A stretch of 64,000 nt of DNA from Octopus vulgaris (lineage: Eukaryota). Numbering within the stretch: the first letter of the stretch is position 1; every line of letters begins with the position of its first letter. Position numbers and translations under genes: made by a program. The notes below the pieces were generated by a model. The model was not told the origin of the DNA. It worked only from the letters and a program-made list of their open reading frames with translations, and searched no databases. The stretch is from positions 37,634,001 to 37,698,000 of the forward strand of contig OX597840.1 in the NCBI GenBank assembly GCA_951406725.2. Reading direction: 5' to 3'. This document shows, piece by piece, positions 43,077 to 55,387 of the stretch.

Positions 43077-43338
43077 AAATATTAGGGAATAAATCCAAAT
43101 TTACAGGGAAAAATCAGATTTAGGATTGAATCCAATTTTATAGTAAAATATTATATAATATTAATTAGAGACAAAACCACTATTTTGTAAATCAAACAAG
43201 GAAAGACTTAATCAATACATAAAAAATTTATTTATTTATTTATTTATTTACTTTATATTAAAATTTTTTTATGTATTGATTAAGTCTTTCCTTGTTTGAT
43301 TTACAAAATAGTGGTTTTGTCTCTAATTAATATTATAT
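43075..43338. mobile_element. Family 2 3' region as a fold-back lacking the HHR
   Basis: Arms ~43153-43229 and ~43261-43338 are reverse complements (attagagacaaaaccactattttgtaaatcaaac...). Confidence 0.85.
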
Positions 43339-43410
43339 ATAAAAAGAGTACTCAAATACCAGGGGTAGAGTAATATGCTTTATTTAAAAGCAGCAGAAAT
43401 TCAACAAAAC

Positions 43411-43448
43411 CTGTTACTCGAAGTTCCACGTTCCCGTTCGTCGGACAG
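43411..43448 (-). ncRNA. Minimal hammerhead-like motif, family 3 (U4->C; GAAA->GGAA in this copy)
   Basis: Minus strand: ctgt CCGACGA acg ggaa cgt GGAA cttcgag TA acag; cassette ~43342-43455 between TA tracts. Confidence 0.6.
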
Positions 43449-43499
43449 TTTTAAATAAAGTATATATATATATATATATATTTGTATATATATATATAT

Positions 43500-43848
43500 C
43501 CTTTAAAAAAATCCTTAAAGATGTTTTAACCCGAAGGCCGCGGCCATGCTGGGGCACCACCGCTGAATGAGCTACACTAATATGTGAATCCACCTCTGAT
43601 ACGTATCACTTGATCAACAAGGTAGTTCGATGCTGCTGCCCGCATCTGCGTCTTCTGTCGTGAGGTAGGTTCATCTGGGACTCCCAACAAGAAGAGATCC
43701 AGTTAGTTTTAAAGAAACCCACATCCACACCACGTAAGTCTCTCAGGCATTTAGGGAGGATGTTAAAGAGGTGTGGTCCTCTGAAACCCAAGTTGTTGCA
43801 GTATCTGGTCCTGTATTTTGATGGTGATGTTGGAATCTTTGGCACCAT
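43500..43848 (-). mobile_element. 3' end of a CR1/L2-type LINE (ORF2 C-terminus + 3' UTR)
   Basis: [30 protein letters not shown], then after a frameshift [23 protein letters not shown]; typical LFNxLP / FKxxLDxFL post-RT motifs. Tail ggtggtgccccagcatggccgcggccttcggg; a tail-only copy lies at 58715-58780(+). Confidence 0.8.
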
Positions 43849-43954
43849 ATATATATATATATATATATATATGGATGGATGTATGTATGTATATACGTGT
43901 CTATACAAGTAAAAATACAAACGCACATACATATATATGAATGTATATGTACAC

Positions 43955-44017
<63 letters not shown>

Positions 44018-44600
44018 CATTCATACACATAAATTATCTCCACTGTTCCTAATAACTCGGCAGCTGCTCATGTCCTTAGATTGACAATCTGAACATCTAA
44101 ATCACTATTACAAGACTCTGAGTTATGCTTATATCTAAATATATATAAATACGCGAAAACAGCAGCAAAGCGATGAAAGTATCTTTATCAGCATGGTGTA
44201 TCAAATTATAATTGGACTCGATTGTCTCTTTACTGTAATTAATTTTTGCAGATATCCATCATAGTATTGTCATCAGTTGTTATTGCCTCTAAGTCTATAG
44301 GCGTTATTTAAAATAAATATCTCTATTGTTATTTCATACACACAATTGTCTATTTACTATAATTAATTTTTACAGATATCACGCATGATATTTCCTCTGT
44401 TTGTTGTTATTGCCGTTAAGTATGTAGATATTTAATTATGGGAAATATATGTATTTTTACTTGATAACTACTCAGACGAACAGACAGAAAGACGCACACA
44501 CACACACATAGCGGCAAGTGCACACACATGTGTTTGTATACACACACACACACACACACTCATATGTACATATATATATATGTATGTATATATGTATATA

Positions 44601-44668
<68 letters not shown>

Positions 44669-45091
44669 TGTATGTATGTATGTATGTATGTATGTATGTA
44701 TGTATGTATATACACACGTTTATAATTATATATAAACACATGCACTTGTAGGCACTTTAAAAAATATTGCGAAGTGGTTTTGTAAGTGAGACCACGTGCA
44801 GAAGACATTTGATGAGTAAAATGAGCCAAGCACTTATTCTTCACATAGAATAATGGTTAAATGTGCCGAGTAATAGTTTCAATTTCACATAATTCTCTTA
44901 CGTTTTCTGAGCCACTTGCAAATCGTTGAGATTTTCGCGGTTTGTAGATAAGATGTTCTTTAATCAATCCGATGCGAATGTTCGATCACTGACGGGCTTT
45001 GTCTTGTAGAATCATAATCGAACTTTTTGTTTTACTACTGTAATCACAGATGCTCATAAATAGACACTCAAAAACTGTCTAACTTAAATTT

Positions 45092-45413
45092 TTCTGGTTG
45101 CGATGACGATGATTCCAGCTGATGAGATCAGCAAAAAGCCTGTTTGGGAAATTGATGTGCAACTGGCTGTGTACTCCATAGAAACTGTACCCTTTAATGT
45201 AGTTTTCAGGGAGATTCAACATATCACAAAAAGGTAACAAGGCTGGGTGTTTGAAATACAGGTACGACTCATTTTTATCAGCTGAGTGGACTGGAGCAAC
45301 GTGAAGTATAGTGTCTTGCTCAAGGACACACACACACACACACCACCAGGAATCGAATGATGACCTTTAGATCGTTACCCGAATGTCCTAACCTCTAGGA
45401 CTCGCGCTTTCAC
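45092..45413 (-). mobile_element. SINE family C
   Basis: gctgagtggactggagcaacgtgaagtatagtgtcttgctcaaggacac and a tRNA-like head at 45345-45413; homologous to 5500-5759. Confidence 0.85.
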
Positions 45414-45431
45414 TGAGCAGAATCTGAAATA

Positions 45432-45572
45432 TTAGGTTGTCTCAAAAGTTCGTAAACACTTGCGAAAATTGAATTTTTACTCGCCAAGTACTAACAAAAA
45501 CAACAAAACTTATTCCTCAAAATAAAGACCATTATTTTCCAAGACTTTCTACGAACTTTTGGGACAACCTTA
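45432..45572. mobile_element. Tc1/mariner-type MITE, 141 bp (copy 2, inverted)
   Basis: ttaggttgtctcaaaagttcgta ... tacgaacttttgggacaacctta, TA-flanked. Confidence 0.92.
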
Positions 45573-45657
45573 TAGCTATGGGCATAAATACATAAAATGA
45601 AATTGTAATGTCTCTATATAGATGTTCCCATGCGCAAACACAGGCAACAACGTATGG

Positions 45658-45699
<42 letters not shown>

Positions 45700-45706
<7 letters not shown>

Positions 45707-46013
45707 CGGAGATGTACTTGCATAGCAAGTGACTTTATCTGAGATCGTGTGCTGGAACGAAAACAATTGCAGCGTGGAAGGTGTTTATAAGCCATTGAAG
45801 GGAAACACAAAATCGTTAGATTCACTTCAACATTTAAATTTGATTTGCCAAAATATTTTCGTCGCTATGAGAATGCGACCTGTTGTCAGTGAACAGGTCG
45901 CGGCCTCAAAGCGACGAAAATATTTTGACAACTTAAATTTAAATGTTGGAGTGAATCTAACGGTTTTGTGTTTTTCTTAAATGTCTTATAAACACCTTCC
46001 ACTCTGCAATTGT
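45700..46013. mobile_element. HHR-cassette family 4 fold-back between (TA)n tracts
   Basis: Arms ~45764-45884 and ~45892-46012 are diverged reverse complements. Confidence 0.85.
45882..45932 (+). ncRNA. Hammerhead motif with reciprocal G3-C8 core
   Basis: gttgtca GTGAACA g gtcgc ggcctcaaa gcgac GAAA atat TT tgacaac: 7-bp stem I, 5-bp stem II, palindromic stem III. Confidence 0.65.
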
Positions 46014-46700
46014 ATATATATATAATATTCTATAATTATATGCATATTTATAATCAGATGTCAGCTAAGTGCTGCGCGACGTACTGAATTAGAAATAGAA
46101 TTAGAAAATAGAAATATAATTCTGTACAAGGCGGAGCACTTAGTTGACCCTTGATTATAATTATGTATATAATTATAGAATATCTTGTATAATTTAACTG
46201 AAATAAAGGCCAGCATTGGTTTCTTAAAATTAGGAAAGTATCTTTGTGGCTCAACAATTTTTCAAGACGCTCTGGTTTTCAAGATGGAGGCGAACACTTT
46301 TCTGTATGTGATTGGTTTGGAAAATTGTTAAGACACCAGGTTAATATCCTACTTTATTTAACATGAAACCAATGGTAGCCTTAATTCAAAAATAAAGAAA
46401 TTATATCCACCAATGTAGTTTTGAACACTCATTTCCATCGTTCGATATTTACGCTTACAAACACACACACACACACACACAGTTCAACTTCATGTGCAGA
46501 ATAATATTGGTGAGCTGGCAGAGTCATTAGCCGGACAAAACGCTTAGCGTCACTTCGTCCGTCTACAGGATCTAAATTCAAATCCCTTTGCCTCTCATAC
46601 GTTTGTAACCTATTAAAACGTTCCAGATATGCACTTGTATGGTTACAATCGACTAGTCCCCTTACCAAGAAAATTTACAAGGACTTGTACATAGAGTAGA

Positions 46701-46775
<75 letters not shown>

Positions 46776-47340
46776 TATTATTGTAATTATCACCATCGTA
46801 GTCCTCATCATCAGCATCACCATTATTAAGTTTATATGTAAGACTATTGCGCTTAGCCTATTTATATGCGTCACAATAAATACAATTCCGCTCTATGTTA
46901 GCATTGAGCATTCTGTGTACAATAACTTAAGAAAATATATTGTCATAAAATATAATAAATATTTTTTTACTATCACATGTAGACAGCACACATTTTATGT
47001 CTCAAAAGCCATCTTCATAAAAGACACTTGGCAACACAAGTAGCATTTTCAGTTTGTATTTTTAGTAAAGAAGGAAATCAAAGACGGATTTAAAAAAAAA
47101 ATAAATTGATGAAAAAGTGCAGAAGAAATATTTATACTTTAGCAAGTTGCTAAGATATGACCATCTAAAAGCACAAGAAAAGAAATACGAAAGCACATAC
47201 ACCTCCCCGTGCGCACAAACAGACACACACACACACACATACACACATACACACAAACACACACACATACATACACACACACACACACACGCACGTACAT
47301 ATGTAGGCTTATGTTTATAAGCATATAAGTATCATCCTGC

Positions 47341-47444
<104 letters not shown>

Positions 47445-47579
47445 TGATAGAGAGATATATACATATATATATATATACACACATATACATATTGCTATAT
47501 ATGTATGTATATACATATATATATATATATCTGTATATACATATATACCTATATATACGTATATATATACATATGTATA

Positions 47580-47647
<68 letters not shown>

Positions 47648-48065
47648 TATATATATGTATATATATATGCATACTAATCTTCTCATTAGTAAACGAGACA
47701 TACCTAAACTCATAAATTTAATCTCCATCATCCTTATACTTATTATATCCAACTCAAAGTATGAACAGATAGAAGTCGCATTTATCAAAAAATAAAAATC
47801 GAACAAACCCCAAATAATATACACACTATTAACCCTTCAGAAAAAAAATTAATTTAGAAAGTATGTATGTATGTCTGTCTGTATATATGTATGTATGTAT
47901 ATATATATATATATATATGATATTCACATATATAAGTATATATATATAAATTTTTACATTTTATATTTTATATATTTTGTATATTATATTAATTATTTTT
48001 ATTTATGTTTTAGTTTATGTTTTTCACTGTTTGATTTTACTAATAGTGATCTTATCTCTAATTTA

Positions 48066-48105
<40 letters not shown>

Positions 48106-48113
48106 TAAATTAG

Positions 48114-48144
<31 letters not shown>

Positions 48145-48179
48145 CTCCATACACTACAAGAAGTCTTCCTTTCCTTGAC

Positions 48180-48405
48180 GAGTACATGTGACATGTATGA
48201 AAGTAAGAAAGTGAAGAATGTTGGAGTGTGACAAATTGATTGACGGAAGACTTCAACACACACACACACAGTCGCACACGGACACACATACACATGCATA
48301 TACATACATTGTATATGAATGTGTGTGTTGAATGTCCTCCGTCAATCAACTTGTCACACTCCGACATTCTTCACTTTCTTATTTTCATAGAGGTCACATG
48401 TACTC
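48180..48405. repeat. ~85-bp inverted repeat around a CA/TA spacer
   Basis: gagtacatgtgac...gaatgttggagtgtgacaa...ttcaacacac / gtgtgttgaa...ttgtcacactccgacattc...gtcacatgtactc. Confidence 0.88.
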
Positions 48406-48489
48406 CATTTTGCATTTATGTATTTATATACGTATGCATATATCTATCTATCTATATATATATATACATAGACACATATATACATATAC

Positions 48490-48545
<56 letters not shown>

Positions 48546-48889
48546 GAATGCACACATACCTAACACACTAAACCTCACGTACATAAATACACACGCACAT
48601 ACACCCACTGGCAGAATATATACAAACACACACACACTTATATACACTCGCACACACATACTTAAAGCTACCAGTTAAACACCTTTCTACTGACCATTCC
48701 CCTACACACACGTGAAGAAACACCCAAGTACACAAAAAAAACAGCTACTGCTACTACCAAATTTTTCCTACAACAGTAAGCGACATGAAGTTCACTCACA
48801 CTTACACATACACACACACACAACACATGCACAGAAATACACAAACTCTCTTGTCTTAAAAATATTTCTTCACCGATTCCCTTCCGGTC

Positions 48890-49095
48890 ATTTCAAAATG
48901 TAACCACATGTGAATCGTTGGCGATTTTCTTCCTCCGTCTTCCCTTCTATGGGACTTTCCTCTGTTTCCGAAGAAGAGCATCTGCTCAAAATTTTAAATC
49001 TTTTTTTCTTTTTTCCCTGAGCGTCTGGTAATATATTAACTACAACACTTCCTCGTGTTGATGTTTTTTGCGTTTGCTCTTTTTGGATTTACAAT
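48890..49095 (+). mobile_element. HHR-cassette family 1 (degenerate copy)
   Basis: cgttggcgattttc...gtttccgaagaagagcatctgctcaaaatttt...cctgagcgtc...tggattta. Confidence 0.75.
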
Positions 49096-49096
49096 G

Positions 49097-49181
<85 letters not shown>

Positions 49182-50384
49182 TATATACATATATATATAT
49201 TGTTTTATTCTTGTGCTTCAGCTTTAAAGCTGCGGTCACCCTGGGGCACCAATATGTCTATATATACATATGTCCGTACATATATTTATTTTTATACCTA
49301 CATGCGTACATGCAATATATATATATATACATATGTGTTTGAGCGTGTCTACATATACATACACTTATGTATATGTGAACGTATGTCTGTATAGACACAC
49401 ATCTACATTATACATAAATATATATATATACATGCATACATATATATATATAGGTATGTATGTATGCATGTATGTGTGTATAGCAATAATTCCCTATTTT
49501 TAGCGTACTATGCTTTATGACTTGTTAAAATTATTTTGACACATCGCCAAAAAACCTGATTGCATTTTCTAGGCGGATCGTGTCGGAAAGGTTTGAAAAT
49601 AGCCAATCTGTAAAAAGTCCAAAATAATTGTGAAAAGCAGAATTCCGATTCCAATGTAATTTGTCGAAGAAAAGCAGAGATGTTAAGCGTGCAATGTATG
49701 TAATGTAACTTTTGGCTAGGGCTCCAAATTCGATCTTAAGGAAGGACAAATTTACATAAACGAATAAAGCGAAGAACAAAATGGCTGCCACTTCAGTAAT
49801 GTGAAAATGGTCACGGTGTAATATTGTACGTAACTTTATGCTTAAGTAGAAAAGATGGATAGGCTATGAAACTGATTCTATAAATCTTTTATTTAGACTT
49901 CCACGAGCCAATGCGACTTTCTATATGTGGGAATTGTAGAACTAAGTGCCAATTTTCTCACTAATTACACCTTTACCATTATGTGTGTCTGTGTGTGTGT
50001 GTAGCTTTTTTCTGTGTATGCTTTACTTAATACAGTCATTGGATTGCAGCCATATTGAGGAACCGTCGTGAATGGTATTAGCCGCACAATTTGACCCTGG
50101 CACGTATGTTTTCAAGTCTGGTACTAACTCCATCGGGTTATTTTGCTAGTGATTTTAGTTACGGTGACAGAAACAAACCAACAGGGTGCGGGACTAACTC
50201 AAACAAAGACACACACCCACAAATGCATAAGTACACATACACACACACACATGTGTTCACACGCATATAAATATATAAAGTAAATGCAAATTGCGTTTAA
50301 TATTTATCATAGTTGTTTCAGCAGCATTGTATTATTGTGTTCACAGGTGATTATCTCATTATATCTAATCCAATAAATCCACAG

Positions 50385-50517
50385 CGGTTTTTTTCAGTCT
50401 CCGTTTACCAACTTCTCTCACAAGGCTCTGGTCGGCCCCGAGGCTATAGTAGAAGACACTTGCCCGTAACCATGTGGTTGGTAAGCAAGCTTCTAACAAC
50501 ACAATTACGCCTGCACC
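50385..50517 (-). mobile_element. SINE family A, 5' part
   Basis: ggtcggccccgaggctatagtagaagacacttgccc...ccatgtggttggtaagcaagc. Confidence 0.8.
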
Positions 50518-50524
50518 TACATAG

Positions 50525-50601
<77 letters not shown>

Positions 50602-50712
50602 GTCTGTCTGTCTATCTGTTTATATAAATGATGGGCTATTTTCATTTCTTATCCGTCAATCCCATTCACCAGGTTCCAAGGTTTTTTCAGCTCGAGACTA
50701 TTACAGAAGACA

Positions 50713-51436
50713 CTCTATGCTGACGATTAGGTCTTTTCTCTTGAATAGCTGTGTTGAGCCGTTCCATCCGTTGAACATAGAGTTCCGCGTTGACCGTTTG
50801 GTTCCGTTCAAGCAATTTGTAATGGATAATCTCTTCTCTGTCCCACTATACGCACAACATCGTTTTACGCGGATGACGGTCTTGTTTTTCGCATGGTGTC
50901 ACTTGTTTACCAGGTCTAAGCAATTCCTTATGCTGCTTCGTTTTTATGTGCATACACCATTTTACGTCGCCAGCAACGATTCGGTAAAGGAATATTTGCT
51001 TGTGTCCGTGAGTTGAGCGATGACGAGCAAGCAAAGCCGCGGAGATTTTGACTCGTTGATTTTTGTTGTTGTCACTTAAAGCATGCTCCATACTTCTGAA
51101 CCTTTCCCATCAAGTAAAGATGCTTCTCTATAGCAGTGTGGGAGCATTCTATTTTCTCCGCCAATTCCCTTGTCGTTTGACGAGGATTTTCATGCAAAAG
51201 TTGGTTTAATCTCTCTTCATCAAACTCAACTGGACGGCCAAAACGGGGTGCGTCTTTGAGATCAAAATTTCCATTTTGCACTTTGCACACCAATCATGAG
51301 CGGTTCTTTCAGCTATGGCACCCTCTTCATACACAGCACAAATGTCGCGAGCAGCTTTTGCGGCCTTAGAACCTTGATTAAATGCAAAAAGAAGGAGGTG
51401 TCGAAAATGGTCATTTTTCTTTACTTGACGTTCCGT
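50713..51436 (-). pseudogene. mariner transposase pseudogene (HTH domains to first catalytic Asp; 3'-truncated)
   Basis: (ACG)ERQVKKNDHFRHLLLFAFNQGSKAAKAARDICAVYEEG, then GNFDLKDAPRFGRP, HALSDNNKNQR, RIVAGDVKW (TGDEKW), HPRKTMLCV*W, HYKLLERNQTVNAELY and KRP; frameshifts and a stop; ends before HDNA. Confidence 0.95.
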
Positions 51437-51779
51437 TTTAATGATCAGAAAATATAAAAAAATTAACTAAAATTAACTGGAAAGAAAAACAAAACAAAAT
51501 AGATTCCAAAATGATTCAAAAATAGAATTCTCGAAAAAAAGCAAATTCCAACTTAGTTGCCAACTCAGTAACAAAACATAACTTCCACCGATCAGTGATG
51601 GCGTTTCTGAGTTTCTTCCTCTCAGCTGTCTACATTCACGAACGCGCCCAATTATACAGATCTGAAAATAGCAGCTATGTAGTGAATCGGTTTCCTTTAT
51701 AACGAGACGCTTGCAGGTTCAGTCTCACAGTGCAGCACCTCGGCCTCGTGTTTTCTACTATAACCCGAGATTTCCCAAT

Positions 51780-52085
51780 CAGCGGGGTTTATAATATAAA
51801 TATGTGCTAAAGCTCTCATAAACTTTTTTTTTATTTTTACGAATTTTTAGAAAGATTTTTCGATTCTGTCTTCTGCATAATGGAATTATAAAAACGAAAA
51901 CAAAAACGAAAACAATATTAAATCCGTCCACACCGTTTCTTTCTTACTTTTTTTTTTGGCATAATCGTATTAATTGGATCATGCAGAAGACAGAACCAAA
52001 GAAAACCGTAAAAATTTGTAAGAAAATCAAAAAAAAAAAAAAATTATGAGAGGTTTTAGCGCGCTCTTACATCATAACACCGCTG
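51780..52085. mobile_element. Non-autonomous element with ~100-bp imperfect TIRs, nested in a SINE A remnant
   Basis: cagcggggttt..gctaaagctctcataa..ttctgtcttctgcat / atgcagaagacagaa..ttatgagaggttttagc..aacaccgctg; flanks cccaat / aacaat. Confidence 0.7.
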
Positions 52086-52615
52086 AACAATGTCTTGTGA
52101 ATAAATGTTGCGAACGGACAATTAGCGGACTTACATGTGTATGTGTGGCTGTAACGAGTAAAAAGTATTCATAGATAACAGCTGTTGATATTTAATTGCC
52201 GTGGCTATGGTAAAACCTTCACTTATGAATATAATAATATGAATTGTGCAGAGACATTAATCATAAGAATGTATCCCTGTTAATAGATATGAGATTAGCA
52301 AATGCTGCAGCTAATGTGGAGCTATTAGTCATACTAGAAATAGCAGTAGAATCTCTCTGTAAGCTCATCCGATCTTTTAAAATAATGAAGTATATATTTG
52401 AGAATTTAACGGAAATTATAGACAAATATCCGTTGCTAAGGACTGGAGCTGCCCTGAATCAAAGAAATTCTCAATTATTGATGACGTGTCTGAAGAAAAA
52501 GATAAAAACAAAAAGGAAAAGTATTGACAAAAACGAATCTTAAATTTTTATGTAACATGTTATTCTAAGACAAAACTAGCAGAAACATACAAAATCGGAA
52601 GCAGGTGCATACGCA

Positions 52616-52685
<70 letters not shown>

Positions 52686-52835
52686 ACAAAGAGGAGTCAG
52701 CTCTTGTTTAGTCGTGGTTGTAGATAGTTAAGAAAAACAAATATGTAAAAACGCACCGGAGGTTTGTATAATAAGATTTATGCTAGTATTAAGAGCATAA
52801 TGAAACAAAAATTTGTATTACAACACTATATAATG

Positions 52836-52890
52836 AACTGGGAGTGCCGGTTTCGCGTCTTACGCTTATCAAGCTTCCAAAGTCCCAGTT
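52836..52890 (-). ncRNA. Degenerate hammerhead-like motif (family 5)
   Basis: Minus strand: aactggga ctttggaagc TTGATAA gcgt aag acgc GAAA ccgg CA c tcccagtt; 8-bp outer stem, palindromic CCGG stem III. Confidence 0.45.
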
Positions 52891-52935
52891 ATATCTCATG
52901 GGAACACCATTTTTGTTGTCAATATTTTTCTTTAT

Positions 52936-52994
<59 letters not shown>

Positions 52995-53155
52995 GTGTAT
53001 ATTTTCTAGATGGTGTAATTTAATTGTTCCTCTTGAATTGATAAATGGTGTTTTTTTCTAATTCTTATATATATATTATATTTTGTGAAATTTAATTTAG
53101 TATTTTGAAATTGAATTTTTCCTTGTAAGTTAGGAATAATATTCCCTCAAATTAT

Positions 53156-53212
<57 letters not shown>

Positions 53213-53254
53213 GTATTATATATATGTATGTATGTATGTATGTAAGTATATACT

Positions 53255-53311
<57 letters not shown>

Positions 53312-54284
53312 GAGCTTGTGCGTGTGGAGGTTTAGGCGGAGAGGCTTGTTATCCGTAATGTCAAGGCGACAACATCCAGACGTAGACGAAATTTCACACT
53401 TCACAAGTTAATATAATCATGTCTGTCATCAACTAGAATCAAGCCTCCTATGTTAAAAGATAAATTCCGCCGAGGTCTTTGATAAGTTCATTATCCAGTT
53501 TGAAAGATATCTCCGACTGATGAAGCCAGATGAGAACGATAAATTGGATTTATTTCTAATAAGTGTGGGAAATACTGCAGCCGACTGCTGCAATAAAATA
53601 GAGTGTCATGAAATTACACAAGACGAGGCTGAAGATGGCCGTGTAGGCTATTCAACTGAGAAAAACAATTGCATCTAAATCTTTTGAGCAACCAAAATAT
53701 ACTCAGTCAGCGAATAAAACGAAATTCATTGATACAGCTTCGACACACTATTAATAGATTTATGAATTATTTTACTCTGCTCTCCAAAATATTTTAGATT
53801 TCATATACTGTTTGCAATACAGGGACGTGACAATAATTAGAGGTGATGTTCTGCCAAGGTATACTTAGACATAACGATCGAAAGACCTCCATAGGTTAGC
53901 GTCGTCTCATAAATTTAATGCTGTTTCTACTGATCGTGTGGAATAGTCCATTATTATCGATAGGGTTGTAGGATGCGGTAGACACGAGTAGCTTAGTGGT
54001 GAGTGTGTTGGACTCGAGATCATAAGATTGTGGTTTCGATTCCTAGAGCGACGATGTGTTGCGTTCTTGAGCTGCTTGAAGTTTAAAGAATGTTAAAAGA
54101 AATAAATATATTTATTCTGATAAAAAATATATTTTCAGAAAACATTCTATCAGATGACGTGAGTATAAACAAAGTTATTAAAACAAATCCTGAAATCAGT
54201 CACAGTTTAATTTGTAGAACATCTAAATATTTAATGTTTTCAGTGTGTCCTTTAATTGGGGAACAAATAAAGAGTTTTGGGACT

Positions 54285-54905
54285 TCCAAGTCGCGAATAT
54301 CCTACACGTAATGTCCCATGCGAGAAGCAAGGAGAAGAAAGGTTGAGTCCAACAACCTTGATAAATTGTCATTGAAATTTGTTTATCTACATAGCAAAGC
54401 TTAGTTTCACTGGGAATTGGAGCTGTTTAAATTCAAAGGGGTGGTCAGATGAGATTAACAGGATCCGTGGAACGAAGACATCGTCACCCTTATATTTCCC
54501 AGGGATAATTGCTGCCTCTGGGATATGGGGTTGCATCGCTTTCCCCACAAGTCTGGTGCCATTGCACAGGCGAGGTGGATCCAGATTCTTGAGCAGCATG
54601 ATTGGGGCCTACTTTTTAAGTGTTAATTTGTGAAATGGCATCTCAGATGGCTGCAGTGAGTTCAGGTACTCGGTTGGAAAAAAACTGGCCAATGACAATG
54701 TCGATGGATTTGAAAGACTGTTCTTGTCCTGGCAACAGTTGCAAAAGATCCTAATTCCTTTTATCGACAGCGTCATTACAGGGAGCTAAGATGCCTCGTT
54801 CACATAGCCGTTCATTGTTGCTAAAGTTTTGTGCTAAAGTTTCCAATATTTGGAATCACATGCATTTTGAGATCATTCACAGTTGGTACTATCTCACCAC
54901 AGGGT
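54285..54905 (-). pseudogene. Helitron RepHel PIF1-type helicase remnant
   Basis: LCERGILAPCNDAVD, PTEYLNSLQPSEMPFHKLTLK, IMLLKNLDPPRLCNGTRL, VFVPRI, QFPVKLSFAM*INK and VVGLNLSSPCFSHG are diagnostic Helitron helicase C-terminal motifs, with stops and frameshifts. Confidence 0.93.
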
Positions 54906-55387
54906 AATTTGTGTTGTGATGGCAATTCTCCATATAAGTGATAGCAAAGTCTGTATGAAATGAAATTAAAATACTGATTCAGTGACAGATCGATTAAGTT
55001 AGTAAAGTTTCAACGTTTTTGGTAAAAACGTATTCTCTCTTCTAATTAAATATTGGAAAAGAGAGAAAATGCCAGCCTCTCTTTTGCAAGAGAAATGAAG
55101 TTAACTTGGCTGGTGTACAGTGCATGACATCGCCTCTAACCATTTCAAGTGTCTACTATGTACATGTACGACCTTTAGATATTTATAGGGGGTGAGCAAT
55201 ATGAGGGTTAAGAGGAAGCTCAGGGAAGAGGAAAATTGGAAGGGTAGGGAGGGAGTTTTCTCAACCCCCTTCTCCATTACCCGGTGGTATAATTGAGAAT
55301 GGTATAGGGAAGGATATAGGCATCGCTCCCACCTCTTTGCCGGCTAGTTTGTAATGTTAGTTATCACTATACAATAATTTTTAATCT

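Noticed and set aside
53515-53545. Isolated CTGATGA / CTGACGA / CTGAAGA heptamers (also 7075, 13277, 32015)
   Set aside because: No stem II + GAAA + closing stems.
55315-55350. Helitron 3' end (ccggCTAG)
   Set aside because: Wrong strand and side for the minus-strand helicase remnant; no clear hairpin.
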